A stretch of 64,000 bases of DNA from a virus. Below are positions 48,940-60,036 of the stretch, piece by piece. A program made the translations under genes and the position numbers. The first letter of the stretch is position 1. Each line of letters opens with the position of its first letter. The notes under the pieces were generated by a model, which ran no database searches, was not told the origin of the DNA, and saw only the letters and a program-made list of their open reading frames with translations. The stretch lies in IMG/VR virus record IMGVR_UViG_3300047476_001246, one strand, 5' to 3'.

Positions 48940-49347
48940 TTATACGCTCACTTCAAATTTAAAATCATCCGGATCATCAACCAGCTGGCTTTCTTTAACC
49001 TCAGTCCACCGACCATCTATTCTAATTTCTAGCTTGATCTTGGTCAACTCTTCGGCTACCTTGCGATCAATTTGATCCATCATACCAGTGCGCCTTAGCG
49101 TTTCGAGTCGGTGCCATTTTTTAAATGTTTCCGTTTCGCACATTTTGACAAAGGCTTCCCGTTTGTTGTCGAGTTGACTACGACTAGCTTCACTGTAAGC
49201 CTTGGCACCTGATTCTCTATGCCGACAATGAACTGCGGAACTAGTCTTATTGCGCTTTTGACCACCTGCTCCGGTTCCTTTTGTGTATGACCAGTCACAA
49301 TCATCCTTTGTTACACTGAATAGTAATTGTCGTTCTTTCTTTTCCAT
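48940..49347 (-). CDS. Class I release factor-like GGQ-domain peptidyl-tRNA hydrolase (ArfB/RF-like)
   Basis: GTGAGGQKRNKTSSAVHCRH...RSQLDNKREA. Confidence 0.88.
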   Translation of the reverse strand: MEKKERQLLFSVTKDDCDWSYTKGTGAGGQKRNKTSSAVHCRHRESGAKAYSEASRSQLDNKREAFVKMCETETFKKWHRLETLRRTGMMDQIDRKVAEELTKIKLEIRIDGRWTEVKESQLVDDPDDFKFEVSV

Positions 49348-50531
49348 TATGCCCACCTTAGTGCGAATTCTGTCGCATCACGTTCGTTTACGAATTGCCA
49401 TATCACTTGATAGTTTACCGAATCATCTAAATAGCTGCTTCGATCTCTCCAGCCACAATCACGGGCTCGCGCACCGTGTCGTGCTTTTAACCAATTCCAC
49501 ATCTCTGCATAATGGTCAAAATTTCTAGCCACGGTTGTAATACTGTACCGCCATTCTCTGCGGTCCTGTCTACGCTGCCTGCTGTTCATGATTTTTTAGC
49601 AGCCAAAAAGTCTTCAAAGCTGGATCTAAAATTTCAATCCAATATTTTCCTCTACTTGGCCAATGATGATAGTTCCATTTTTTATTGTATCCATAATGAC
49701 CGTGATCGTTATAAAATCGTGTATAGATCTCGTTTTGCTCTCTTATAGACATACAACTCAAATCAATTTTAATCATGTCCACCTCAATGCAAATATTGTA
49801 GCATCTTCGTTATTTTTGAACAACCAGCTTGATTTACCGAACGCAATCACTAGAGCCCACCGATCGGTGTTGTTGGCGCTATATACGTATCCGCCTTCGC
49901 CAAATTGAGTTTCACACCAACCCAACATCTCCTCAACTTGGTGGTAGCGATTTTTTTCAAAATGAACTTGATATGGATGTGTTTGGTCTACGCCCATTTT
50001 AGCAAAAAGGCCGTTAAATCTTGTTCTGTATTGTACACAATACCAGTGTAATAAACTACATATACTTCGTTTTGTTTACACCAATCTTCTATTTCATGAA
50101 TCTGTTTCCATGACAGTGAGTCATCAAAGCTAATATGTTTATAGCGATTGTCAACGGTAAATTTATTCATGCCCACTTTAGTTGGAATAGTACAGCATCC
50201 TGTTCACTTTTAAAATACCATTCGGTTTGATATTTTGGTCCATCTAAATAACCCAAAATATCAATACCTAACTTGTACCATCGTTCACCAAACGGTCCTA
50301 TGTTTTCTTCGCACCAGTCCTGTGCTAGCGGCCACTCGGGATTGTTGATTATGATATGGTACTGCCATTCTGGATCCATCATGCCCACCTCAGCAGAAAA
50401 AAGTTGTAGGCTCGTTCGGTCGTAAAATGAATGGTTTCCCAATTGTTTGTGTAAAATTCGTCATTGATGTTTCGATAGCACCAACGCCATATTTCGTCCC
50501 AGGTTGCAACACCATTATATTGCCAAGTCAT
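49347..50531 (-). CDS. Tandem run of six small paralogous ORFs, most ending F-x-L-[KR]-W
   Basis: 49347..49589, 49570..49782, 49773..49997, 49988..50176, 50167..50382, 50379..50531. Confidence 0.65.
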
Positions 50532-52303
50532 GATAATTTACTGTTAGGTATGATGTTGTCTTTTTAATAAGTCCCAGGCCAATCCGTCCCAGGGTTCAAA
50601 CTCAACATCTACCCACCCAGGGTAATGACGAGGTGTTATTTCCCACCATTCATTTTCAGTATCACGATACACTGTGCGGAACTTGGAGCCATAATGTGAT
50701 TGAACATATCGTAGCACTGATTGGGCATTGTTGGTAATGCTCATAAACGGGCCGCCAAGATCTTCCAAGAACACTATACCGTGTTCTCGGTCTATGGACA
50801 ACACATGCAGTTGGGTTCTCATATCCATTAACACGACAGCATCCTAGCCAACTCTGCGTGAAGTAAGGCCACTTCGTCGGCAGGTACATAAAAATCAGTT
50901 AAAGGATCCCAGTACTCGCCTTCTTTTGTATCGTAGTACAGCACACGGCCTGTGGCAAAGAAGAACGGACCTTCAAGTCCTTCTCGTGGTTGCCACCGTG
51001 CATCACGCTCACCAAGTACAGCATATCCCATTGCAGTCTCCTGTTATTTCTGTGCCGGTATCATTTGCATAAAGCTCTTCATCATGTTCTGAGCTTGTGC
51101 CATGGATTCTTCCTGTGACTCTTGGCGAACACAACCGGCCTTGATTTCCTGTCGTTGAAACTCCCTAGCGGCTGATTGACACTCAGTCAAATTTGTATAA
51201 TGTCCAAAAGGCTGAGCACCAGTGGCAGTGATTAGCAGCAAGGCGTAAATCATTTTGTCTCCACGATTTGAGTTTCACGCATCCATAGCACAAAAGCGTA
51301 GAACGCAGACCCAACAGGGTCAAGTCCATTATAACGCAGGGCTTGATAGCATTCACTAAAGGTTGCAATACGAGTCATCATTCCACCTCAAATTCACTAT
51401 ACTTACGCCACTCGTCAGGATCTTCAGATATAAAATCTTTGCTCCACACCAGGGCCTTTGCTTCGTCATCAAATACCTTTACAACCGATTCAAAAGTATC
51501 ACATCCGTTGTAATGGCATTCGTAGCCAAGATACACTTTCATTACATTGACCAATATGATTCAGAACTGGGCGAACAATAGTACGGAGTATCATAACGCT
51601 CTTGAAACTCTGCACCACCCATCATATTGGTACGAGTGACATAAGTTTCATGCACCTCAGCAACAAAACCAACCATTTCAAAATCACATTTTACAGTAAG
51701 AATGTGCGACTTAGTAGTCGGTGCAAAGTCAATAACTTCTACGAAACGCAGACCCACCTTGTCCTTACCAAAACGGCTAGGCTTTTTAATACGACGGTCT
51801 GACTTGTACAGTTCAACAGTGTATGCGGTAAGCTTTGACATTTGATACGCTCCTTATTAATTACTATACCGTTAGTATAGCAAAATGGGCCTTTATGGTC
51901 TACCGTTTTATTTTTGTTGTTAAAATTGCAACTGTTGCTTATTCTGCAACAGTTAGCAAATTTGCAGGTACATTCCAGGTGGTTAGACCTTCGCGCACCT
52001 GTACATTTTTAATTTTAATTTTAACAACAGAACCCTGGTGTACACGACCCGTCTTGGGGTGAGTAAATTTGACTGTATCCCCGGGCGCGATACTGCGGCG
52101 GGTTTCGCGGGCTAGTTGGGCACGACGAAATTTTATTGCTTCAACAATGGTATTAAGTTGTTGATTTGTAAACGAACCAAAACTGATTTGGGAAGCCAGC
52201 TGTTCGGCGGTCAGTTGCGACATTGTTAACTCCTAGTTGTTTACTGTTCTAAGAGTATAGCAAATTGGGGAATTTAGGTCGACTGTTGTTTTTATGCAAC
52301 ATT

Positions 52304-52843
52304 TTACTTTTTATTACGACCGCTTTTCATGTTAGCACACCAGTGGTACATTTTGGCACGTTCGCCTGATGCATTTTTCGCACGTTGGCGTAAGTCGGTG
52401 ACTGACCCGTTGCAGCTGGCGCCTGCACGTTTGACTCTGCCTGGGCGACTTTTACCTTTGACCTTGCCGTCAGCAAAGTTTTCGTCCACATTGAACGTCG
52501 GATCTGTTTTCTGACGCGGCATACCCCGTGGTTGATTGGGATCACGGGGATCAATGTCAGTTGTGGTCAGTCCTGTTTTTGCTAAATTTTTTATATACTC
52601 GTGTTCTTGCTCTTCGCTACCAAATGAGAAAATAGTGCTCGGAGGTCCTTTGCCAAAATCATGCTTGCCCAGTCCTTTGAGATCGCTAATATGCATGCCC
52701 AGCTTGTACCAATCATACACATCGCTTACGTCTACTCTGACTGTACCAGCAGGCATGGTAGGTTTGGTTTCTGGGCCATAAGGTGGGTCATTGGGATGGC
52801 GGTCTTCGTTTTGTTTACTGACAATAAATTCGTGTGCTCTCAT
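52304..52843 (-). CDS. Hypothetical protein, putative virion-associated
   Basis: MRAHEF start; C-terminal ENFADGK.KGKSRPGR...HWCANMKSG. Confidence 0.75.
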   Translation of the reverse strand: MRAHEFIVSKQNEDRHPNDPPYGPETKPTMPAGTVRVDVSDVYDWYKLGMHISDLKGLGKHDFGKGPPSTIFSFGSEEQEHEYIKNLAKTGLTTTDIDPRDPNQPRGMPRQKTDPTFNVDENFADGKVKGKSRPGRVKRAGASCNGSVTDLRQRAKNASGERAKMYHWCANMKSGRNKK

Positions 52844-52845
52844 TA

Positions 52846-53505
52846 TTAACTATTTAACCATAATACAAAAGGATCGTTTACTACGATAGTTCTGTCTGCT
52901 CTTTGCATGTAATTGCCGCCGTGTAGATCTATATGATATCCGTGATCTTCACCAAAGTCTCTAACTTCACGAACAGTGTTTAATAAACTTTCTACATTTG
53001 CTTGACCACCTAAATATTTTACCACTTGCTTTACAGTGTATGTGTTAAATTTATTATCGTCTGGATTGTAATATCCTCGCTTGGCTAATATTTCCAAAGC
53101 TTTATCTATACCTTGTGCGCTGGTCCAATACAGCATTCCGTCCATAAATGTAACAAGATGTCGCATTTGATCTGACAGTTCTTTTAATGGTTCCATTCTA
53201 GCCTGTATATAGTTCTTGCCTTGAAACTGAAAACTTTCAAATCCCGAGAATCTTGGTAAGTGTGGATTGTTCTTGTTTGTATTACAGTAGTTGATCCAAT
53301 CAATAAACATTCTTTGATCGGGACTAAAATCCTTATGCCCTTTGCGATAGCCAAACACAATTAATACCTGTCCGGTTCCGGGCTCTAGGTATGCTTGTTT
53401 GTCAATACCGCTGCCCAGATACTTATAGCCTTTGTCCATCAGAGCTTTTCTAACACCGCCGTGTATTTCGCCGGCCATCTCTGCGGTAAAATCGTGGGCT
53501 CTCAT
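52846..53505 (-). CDS. Protein kinase-like fold protein
   Basis: YLGSG...; DLHGGNYM...NDPF. Confidence 0.7.
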   Translation of the reverse strand: MRAHDFTAEMAGEIHGGVRKALMDKGYKYLGSGIDKQAYLEPGTGQVLIVFGYRKGHKDFSPDQRMFIDWINYCNTNKNNPHLPRFSGFESFQFQGKNYIQARMEPLKELSDQMRHLVTFMDGMLYWTSAQGIDKALEILAKRGYYNPDDNKFNTYTVKQVVKYLGGQANVESLLNTVREVRDFGEDHGYHIDLHGGNYMQRADRTIVVNDPFVLWLNS

Positions 53506-56231
53506 CTTGTTATTGTGGGTACCACTTCAAAAGGTCCACGCTCTCTTGTTTCGGGGCTAGCGATTCTTGTGATGTAATTCAATGCACTAGCATTGGCATC
53601 ACTTTGTGAAGTTGTTTGCATGAACGAATATATTTCTTGATTGTCGCGATCCAGTATGCGCCAACGCTGATTTCTTGGTGCTTGACTAGCAGCCGCAGGC
53701 TGTTCACCAGCCGCTGGTTCAGCTTCTATGTTTCTAATATCATAACCATTGGCATCTAATTGTCTACGTACCCTATCCATTGCGGCATCGGCATTAGCTG
53801 CTTGAATTGTCACGCTGTTGGATCTACCATCTGTGCCGGTATAATTTACTCTGTATCTCCCCGGTTCTGATGCAGTCTGTTCAGCACCACTAGACCCCAT
53901 TGGTCGAACTGCTCTTAAATTAAATCCTTCTCTTGGCAGTCCAGGTGCCCTAACGGCATCCTGCCATATATGGAATGCTCTTACTGCTTCTTCCTCGGTG
54001 TTAGCTATAAAACGATATACAGTGTTGTTGCTAGCTATGCTGTAAACTTCCCAGTTGCCATCTTCAGGTTCATGTCTTGGCATCTGTGCTGCCAGTCTCT
54101 GTCTAGCTAAATCTTGTGTGCTTCCTGCAACTGCGCCAGCTGGTACCGGTTCACCTGATCTAGCCTGTATGGGTCGCATGTGTGGACGAACATATATGTC
54201 ATCGTCAAAGCTGGCTCCCGCACGCCATCTGTCAGCAATATCTTCTGCCTGTGAGACTGATCTTGGATCTGACATGCCTGCTTCGGCAGCGTTGAATCTA
54301 TACACAACATCGTCAGTGGTACGACTTACAACTTCCCACGTACCACTAAACTCTTGGTCGCGGCTAGATGTTTGTTGTGCTTGTCGAACCTCGACACGAA
54401 TGTCAGCAAACGGCACTGACGAGAATATACCCGGGCGCTCCATAGTGGCTATCTGTCTAGCAGCATATTCGCCAGTGGCTTGCACAGTGACACCACGTTC
54501 TCTATCACCTTCAACATATACCCAGTACGACCTTACTGGCAATTGGCTAGTAGGTTGGTTCCCAGATGCACTGGCTGCGATTTCTTCGTCGCTAGCTGGT
54601 CGCTGTGGTACTGCCCGCCATGCCTGTGTAAATTCCTCCACAGACCTTCCGCTGAGATTTAGATTCCATTTAGCAACAGCTCGTGCTTTGGCTTGTTCGG
54701 CACTAGTAGCAACAACTTCAGTACCTTGACTTTGGTACGGCGAAGTTGGTGATCCATAAACCTTCCAAACAAATGGCATATCTGTGTCTGATGTACCTGT
54801 CTGCTTGGCCGATGACCGTTTTTGTTGAATTTGTCTTACAAAACTCTTTAAGGCCTGCTTAGGTAATTCACCAGCTGCATACTTAGCAAAGTACTGAATA
54901 CTATCGTCCTCACTGCCTTGTGCTAGTGTCTTGTATAATTTCTTAAAATATTCTTGTTTGAATTCCTCGGGCTTGGTAGCAACATCAAGTGCTACTACAG
55001 CTCGCAATAGTGTGTCTTTGACTCGCTTAATATCAGCAGGACCATCTAACCAATTGCCACCTGGACCACGGAACTCAATCCAACCACCTCTGTTGTTGAT
55101 ACTGGTATATTTGTCTGTGCTGCCGGTATGTAGTACTTTACTTGCTAACTGATTAAGACCGCTTTGGAACTGCTGCATCATTTCTGCTACACGACTGGGA
55201 TCGTTCTTGGCACTTTGTTTAATTCTTTTCAAAGCCGATTTACAATAGGTATTACCCTCTCGACCAAATTGATCAAGAATATATTCGTCGCCTAGGAACA
55301 TGGCCAGTTTAACATAGTCTAGATTTTGTTGATTGGGTACACTCACATTCATGTGCAAACCGGTACTGTCGTTGGTGTATGCGCCCACTCTGCTGGCCCA
55401 CTTGGTGATCTTGTCAATGTCAGCTAACATTTCAGGTATCGATTGTGGTGGACTAACAAACTCTAGGCCTGCTTCACCGTCGTCGCCATGCAAACTTGAA
55501 TCTGGTTCTACCACATAGTGTCCAGGCTTACGACTGGCGCCATGATAACTGGAACTGGCAATGACCGGCTTGCCGATAGCATCTTCAAAATCTTGGGCCA
55601 CTGTGTTTACATCTGCGCCGTCGCGGTCGTTGTAAGTCCAATATGGCCAATCTAGACCATATTCGTTGCCAAAGTCGCTCATGGAATTTATATTTTCTTC
55701 GTCAATATATCTTTCAAAATGACTGTCGGCGTCGTCTCGATATTCGTCTGCTAATTCATCGCGTATGCGCTCTTCGTTGTGTTCGAGAAATTCGCGAAGA
55801 GCAGCTTCATATTCTTCGGTGGTTTCGTAATCATCTTCGCTAACATTATCTGCGGCAATTTCTAATGCTCGTTCATTACCTGCGTCGGAGCTAATATAAT
55901 TTTCAACTTCGTCCTCTAACCAACCCCAGAAGTTTTCATTCAGCTCATCAATTTTTCTTTGAACATAGCTGCGACTGTTGCCCATATCACCGCCAGTGAA
56001 GAATGCAACAACATCTCTATCCCATCCCGGACCAACCGGGAATCTTTCGTCGTAGTCGTAGTCGGGTTCTGATTCTATTTCGTCGTCACTGTCGTAGTAG
56101 TTGGGAATAATTAATTCAAATTCCATACCCACTTGTGCATCAATGTTTGCGGCCATTTTTTGCAAATTGCCCGGGCTCATTTTGAGCTCAAGCAGTTCGT
56201 CTTCGCTTAAATTAAATTCTTGGTATCTCAT
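53502..56231 (-). CDS. Putative amidoligase-domain protein with acidic insert and repetitive C-terminus
   Basis: GMEFE, EPDSSL, GLEFVSPP, STGLHMNVS, KYTSIN, IEFRGPG. Confidence 0.8.
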   Translation of the reverse strand: MRYQEFNLSEDELLELKMSPGNLQKMAANIDAQVGMEFELIIPNYYDSDDEIESEPDYDYDERFPVGPGWDRDVVAFFTGGDMGNSRSYVQRKIDELNENFWGWLEDEVENYISSDAGNERALEIAADNVSEDDYETTEEYEAALREFLEHNEERIRDELADEYRDDADSHFERYIDEENINSMSDFGNEYGLDWPYWTYNDRDGADVNTVAQDFEDAIGKPVIASSSYHGASRKPGHYVVEPDSSLHGDDGEAGLEFVSPPQSIPEMLADIDKITKWASRVGAYTNDSTGLHMNVSVPNQQNLDYVKLAMFLGDEYILDQFGREGNTYCKSALKRIKQSAKNDPSRVAEMMQQFQSGLNQLASKVLHTGSTDKYTSINNRGGWIEFRGPGGNWLDGPADIKRVKDTLLRAVVALDVATKPEEFKQEYFKKLYKTLAQGSEDDSIQYFAKYAAGELPKQALKSFVRQIQQKRSSAKQTGTSDTDMPFVWKVYGSPTSPYQSQGTEVVATSAEQAKARAVAKWNLNLSGRSVEEFTQAWRAVPQRPASDEEIAASASGNQPTSQLPVRSYWVYVEGDRERGVTVQATGEYAARQIATMERPGIFSSVPFADIRVEVRQAQQTSSRDQEFSGTWEVVSRTTDDVVYRFNAAEAGMSDPRSVSQAEDIADRWRAGASFDDDIYVRPHMRPIQARSGEPVPAGAVAGSTQDLARQRLAAQMPRHEPEDGNWEVYSIASNNTVYRFIANTEEEAVRAFHIWQDAVRAPGLPREGFNLRAVRPMGSSGAEQTASEPGRYRVNYTGTDGRSNSVTIQAANADAAMDRVRRQLDANGYDIRNIEAEPAAGEQPAAASQAPRNQRWRILDRDNQEIYSFMQTTSQSDANASALNYITRIASPETRERGPFEVVPTITR

Positions 56232-57268
56232 TCTATAATCTCTGGGTGTATTTTTCCGTACAGCTTCATTAAGTATCCAGCCACAGCGTCGGCTTCTTGC
56301 TCAATAGGTGAACCCGGGTAGCTTTGATCGCCGTGAACCATATTGTCTTCGTGCTGCTTGCGATGTGTCAATTCATGTGCCACAGTACGCATGATATCAA
56401 TCATGTTTCTATTGCCGGTGTAAATCCACATGACGTCTTGGGCATCGTCGTAGTACCCGGTACGATGTTGGTCCGGACCTTCCTTGGCATCCTGGAATCT
56501 AATTTGGGGAAGTTCTTGTTTGATTTTTAATTTTTTTACACACCACTGAATAAAGTCACGAAGTTGTTCTTCGTGCTCACGGAATGTGCTTTCTGTTAAA
56601 TTGTCTGTTCTAGTAAATGAGTCAACAATCTTGTAATGCTTGGGTGCTACCATTTCAAAATCGTACTTGTCGTCGTCATCAATTAAGAATGGGCGTATAA
56701 AGGCTCTTGTCTTACGCTTAAATGCTAATGCACCGTTAGGAGCAAATCCCACTTGATCAAAGTCGGCTCTAAAAACTCTGCCCATTGCACCTACAATGTG
56801 TAAGTCAACTTTGTATCCTTGCTTTAATAAACGATCAGTAGTAGAAACAATCTTGCTGATTTCATCATCGTCATCACGCTTACGGTCGTCTAAAAATTCG
56901 TTTAATTGTGCATTGAAAATTAACTCTGCAAGTTTAAGTGCATTATCTCTAGTTTTTGGAATCGCAACTCCGGCCTTGCGACTTCTACCAAATCCTTGTT
57001 CGTAGTCAAGCAAATGAACGTTAACAGTAGGGTATTCGCCTCGCTTGCCAACTACGCTGTAAAGTATTGCACCATTGCGAGTTTTGTCTTTTGGCTCAAA
57101 CTTTACACTAACTTGTTCTGGTCGTTCGCCGTCTTTTCTAGTATATCCGCGACCTAAATATTGCTCTATAATATCAGCAAATTCAGTTAGTGGGAAAGAC
57201 TCGGGATCTTCTCTTCCACTATCACCATTGGTGTCTAAAAATTCCGTTAAAAAATCACTTGCTCGCAT
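56228..57268 (-). CDS. Protein with C-terminal zincin-like metallopeptidase domain
   Basis: RTVAHELTHRKQ...EQEADAVAG. Confidence 0.75.
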   Translation of the reverse strand: MRASDFLTEFLDTNGDSGREDPESFPLTEFADIIEQYLGRGYTRKDGERPEQVSVKFEPKDKTRNGAILYSVVGKRGEYPTVNVHLLDYEQGFGRSRKAGVAIPKTRDNALKLAELIFNAQLNEFLDDRKRDDDDEISKIVSTTDRLLKQGYKVDLHIVGAMGRVFRADFDQVGFAPNGALAFKRKTRAFIRPFLIDDDDKYDFEMVAPKHYKIVDSFTRTDNLTESTFREHEEQLRDFIQWCVKKLKIKQELPQIRFQDAKEGPDQHRTGYYDDAQDVMWIYTGNRNMIDIMRTVAHELTHRKQHEDNMVHGDQSYPGSPIEQEADAVAGYLMKLYGKIHPEIIE

Positions 57269-57911
57269 TGTCTTGGTCCTGTGGTCCGGCGATCATCTTG
57301 CCATAGTCCTTGCTCTGTATATTCTGTGGTTCGTGCTCACGTTGGCCTTTTAATATTTCAAATGCTCGACGTAATCCACGGGCCACTGTATCTAGGTTAT
57401 CTTCATCTGCTTGATACTTGATACCAATACCGCCCGATTGTTCCCATTCGGTTAGCACAGTATTACGATCATCGACCAAGATATTTGGCGTGCCGTCGGG
57501 CTGCTTGGCGTACTTGCCTTTACGACCAGTGATACGAATAACTCGAGGTTGTGGATTTAAGTTTTTTGCAATCCAAGCACGTTTCATTGCTTCGGAATTT
57601 GCATGATCGCCACGCAAGGGACTACTGCAAATGTTGTAATGTCCAAACACTTGCACTGCCATTGCTACCAGTCTATCCGCACTAGCGAATTTAGGCAGTC
57701 TATAAAAGAAATCTGTACCCACCATTTGCTGTATAACAGGCTCACGCAACTGCTGCGGAATATTGCGATAATCCGCTCTACCGCTTTTTACATCTGCGGG
57801 TACTCCGGCTAATTTAGCATATTCTGAGAAGAAATCTGCTAATACGCCGTCCATGTCTAGGAAGATTTCCGGACGGCCGTTGGGTTTTTGTTCAAGTTCA
57901 AATAAGCGCAT
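57255..57911 (-). CDS. HAD-family 5'(3')-deoxyribonucleotidase-like protein
   Basis: FLDMDGVLADF; NILVDDR. Confidence 0.85.
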   Translation of the reverse strand: MRLFELEQKPNGRPEIFLDMDGVLADFFSEYAKLAGVPADVKSGRADYRNIPQQLREPVIQQMVGTDFFYRLPKFASADRLVAMAVQVFGHYNICSSPLRGDHANSEAMKRAWIAKNLNPQPRVIRITGRKGKYAKQPDGTPNILVDDRNTVLTEWEQSGGIGIKYQADEDNLDTVARGLRRAFEILKGQREHEPQNIQSKDYGKMIAGPQDQDNASK

Positions 57912-57925
57912 TTTGTATTTATGGG

Positions 57926-58783
57926 TTAAGAAAAATCAACTGCTTTTACAAATTTTCTTGTTTCAAGTGCTTGTAAGATATCACCCGAATAATCTAGGTC
58001 GGCAACCGGGATGCTGCCTATACTTCGAGCCAGATCAGACCAAGTGTATCCCTGGGATTCAAAAAAGTCTTGATGTTTATTGTAATAAGTTTCTAACTCT
58101 GCTGTCAAGTTGGCATTAGGATTGTTCCAAAACTTTACAACAAAATCTGCTGAGTAATGACGGAAAGGTTGGAAAGCTTCTGGTTGTATATAGGAATCAT
58201 TGTCCATCATGAGATCATATAATGTTTTCCCAATCTCTGCGTAGTTAATATACACAGTTCCAAACTTTACAGTTGATTCAAAGTACATGTAATCACTGCT
58301 ATCTAACACTTCAGTTTTGGGAAGTGCAAAATATGTGACCACATGTCTTGGATGTGCTCCTCGAGCTACACTTTCACAGCGGTGAACTGCCAAATTCAAA
58401 TCACACAAATACTGTTTAAACTCTGGATCGGAATCTTTTTTGTCTAGTAGCCCGTGTTCTGTTTCAAATATATGATGTAGTCGATTCAGTGTGTTTTGAT
58501 CGCCCACAGACTTTAAATCGTAATCAATATTGATCCAACGATTCAGCTGTTGAATCAAATCGTTTATTGTTGTTAGTGCAGAATCAATTTGTTCTTGCAA
58601 GCTGCCAAATCCATAGAAACGTTGGGGATCATCAATGGAGTAGCCTGACTGTTGTGCTAGACGAACTCTGTCAATCCATTTTTCAACAACAGGAGTATCA
58701 CGCAACAAATAATCTACTGTTATTTGATCTGCCGGGTCGTGAGGATTGGCATAGGTAATATGCAGTTTTTGATATTTTAACAT
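57926..58783 (-). CDS. Hypothetical protein
   Basis: 285-aa ORF. Confidence 0.7.
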   Translation of the reverse strand: MLKYQKLHITYANPHDPADQITVDYLLRDTPVVEKWIDRVRLAQQSGYSIDDPQRFYGFGSLQEQIDSALTTINDLIQQLNRWINIDYDLKSVGDQNTLNRLHHIFETEHGLLDKKDSDPEFKQYLCDLNLAVHRCESVARGAHPRHVVTYFALPKTEVLDSSDYMYFESTVKFGTVYINYAEIGKTLYDLMMDNDSYIQPEAFQPFRHYSADFVVKFWNNPNANLTAELETYYNKHQDFFESQGYTWSDLARSIGSIPVADLDYSGDILQALETRKFVKAVDFS

Positions 58784-59256
58784 TTACTAAAATTTTGATG
58801 TCTAAACCAACGTCGTTGTCCGAACGCAGTTTTTAATGTAAGTCCATAATAAGCAAATTCGTCACGCCAAGCAAAAAAACTAGGACCGTGTCCACCTGAG
58901 TTTTCCGGTAGTCCGTATTCCCAACGATATACGTCCCACTGCCATTGATGCACCATTTCATGTGCAATAGTGTTCATGAACCACTGCGGGCAGAACCATT
59001 TATTACTTAATTTAATTCGAACCCAGCTTCCATTCCATACCGGTTGTTTTTCCCACTCGCAATAGCCCCAACATCTTTGTGTTTGCCCTAGCTCAATTAT
59101 TGGTCGTCTTAGTTGGTTTTCAAACACGTATCGATTGATTATTCTGTATGCATATAACGCATCATCAACGCTGGGTCTAAATAATTTACGTCTTTGATAA
59201 GTTAGACTAGGAAGCGGCGCTTCCATGATTGATCTAATCGGATTGGGTCTTGCCAT
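58777..59256 (-). CDS. SprT-like metalloprotease
   Basis: TIAHEMVHQWQ...HGPSF. Confidence 0.85.
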   Translation of the reverse strand: MARPNPIRSIMEAPLPSLTYQRRKLFRPSVDDALYAYRIINRYVFENQLRRPIIELGQTQRCWGYCEWEKQPVWNGSWVRIKLSNKWFCPQWFMNTIAHEMVHQWQWDVYRWEYGLPENSGGHGPSFFAWRDEFAYYGLTLKTAFGQRRWFRHQNFSKC

Positions 59257-59317
59257 GAAAAAGCCCCCGTACACAGTATTTAAACTAGTACAGGGGCTGA
59301 TATAACAGAAGTTTTAA

Positions 59318-59881
59318 TTACTGTTTACTGTCTAGTTCTTTGAGTAGACGTTCGCCTTCAACAGCATTCTCGCGGCTCAGTGTCATTTTGTCCTTGCGGT
59401 CTTTCAGTGGGTTCTCACTGATTGGCAAGACTACTTTAACGTAAGCCTGGAACGTGCCATCGTTGAGTGCAATAACTTCGCGCTCGGCCAGGTAAGCACC
59501 AGTGATGTCTACACTAGGACATTTGCTGCGAATTGCAGTTTTTGTATTAGTACTGGAATTCTTACCTTCCTGAGTACGGAAGGTTTTGCTGACTTTGTCA
59601 ACTTGTCCACCTGCGGTGTCACAAATTTGACCTTTAGCAAACTCGACGGCTGTGTCCAGTGCAGCCTGCATATTGTCCGAAGTTTCTGTGGACATGGCAC
59701 AGGCGATCTCGGTAGTGGCAGGACAACCTTCCTTGTACCACTTGGGCTGACTTTTAATCACTGTCTTGGCAGCATCCACTCGACGTTCACGAGCTTCTTC
59801 GGCCATTTTGACACTGGGGTCTCGAGTGCTGCTACACGCAGACAGCATTACTGCTAGAATTACAGGAATTACCTTATACAT
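59318..59881 (-). CDS. Lipoprotein
   Basis: Lipobox LSAC. Confidence 0.75.
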   Translation of the reverse strand: MYKVIPVILAVMLSACSSTRDPSVKMAEEARERRVDAAKTVIKSQPKWYKEGCPATTEIACAMSTETSDNMQAALDTAVEFAKGQICDTAGGQVDKVSKTFRTQEGKNSSTNTKTAIRSKCPSVDITGAYLAEREVIALNDGTFQAYVKVVLPISENPLKDRKDKMTLSRENAVEGERLLKELDSKQ

Positions 59882-59892
59882 AATATACCTCT

Positions 59893-60009
59893 TTATTTAG
59901 AAATCGTATTACCCAAACTGGTCAAGTCTTTGCCAGCGCCACTTACAAGTCCACCGATGGTGCCACAACCGGTTAAACTGACTACTACTGCAAAAATTAA
60001 AGCTTTCAT
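59893..60009 (-). CDS. Entericidin-like small lipoprotein
   Basis: Read manually: MKALIFAVVVSLTGCGTIGGLVSGAGKDLTSLGNTISK. Confidence 0.65.
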   Translation of the reverse strand: MKALIFAVVVSLTGCGTIGGLVSGAGKDLTSLGNTISK

Positions 60010-60036
60010 AATGTACATAGTTTACTACCCTTTCCA

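Noticed and set aside
54055-54729. 224-aa plus-strand ORF (also 44930..45580 and 47634..48293)
   Set aside because: Antisense to well-supported minus-strand genes
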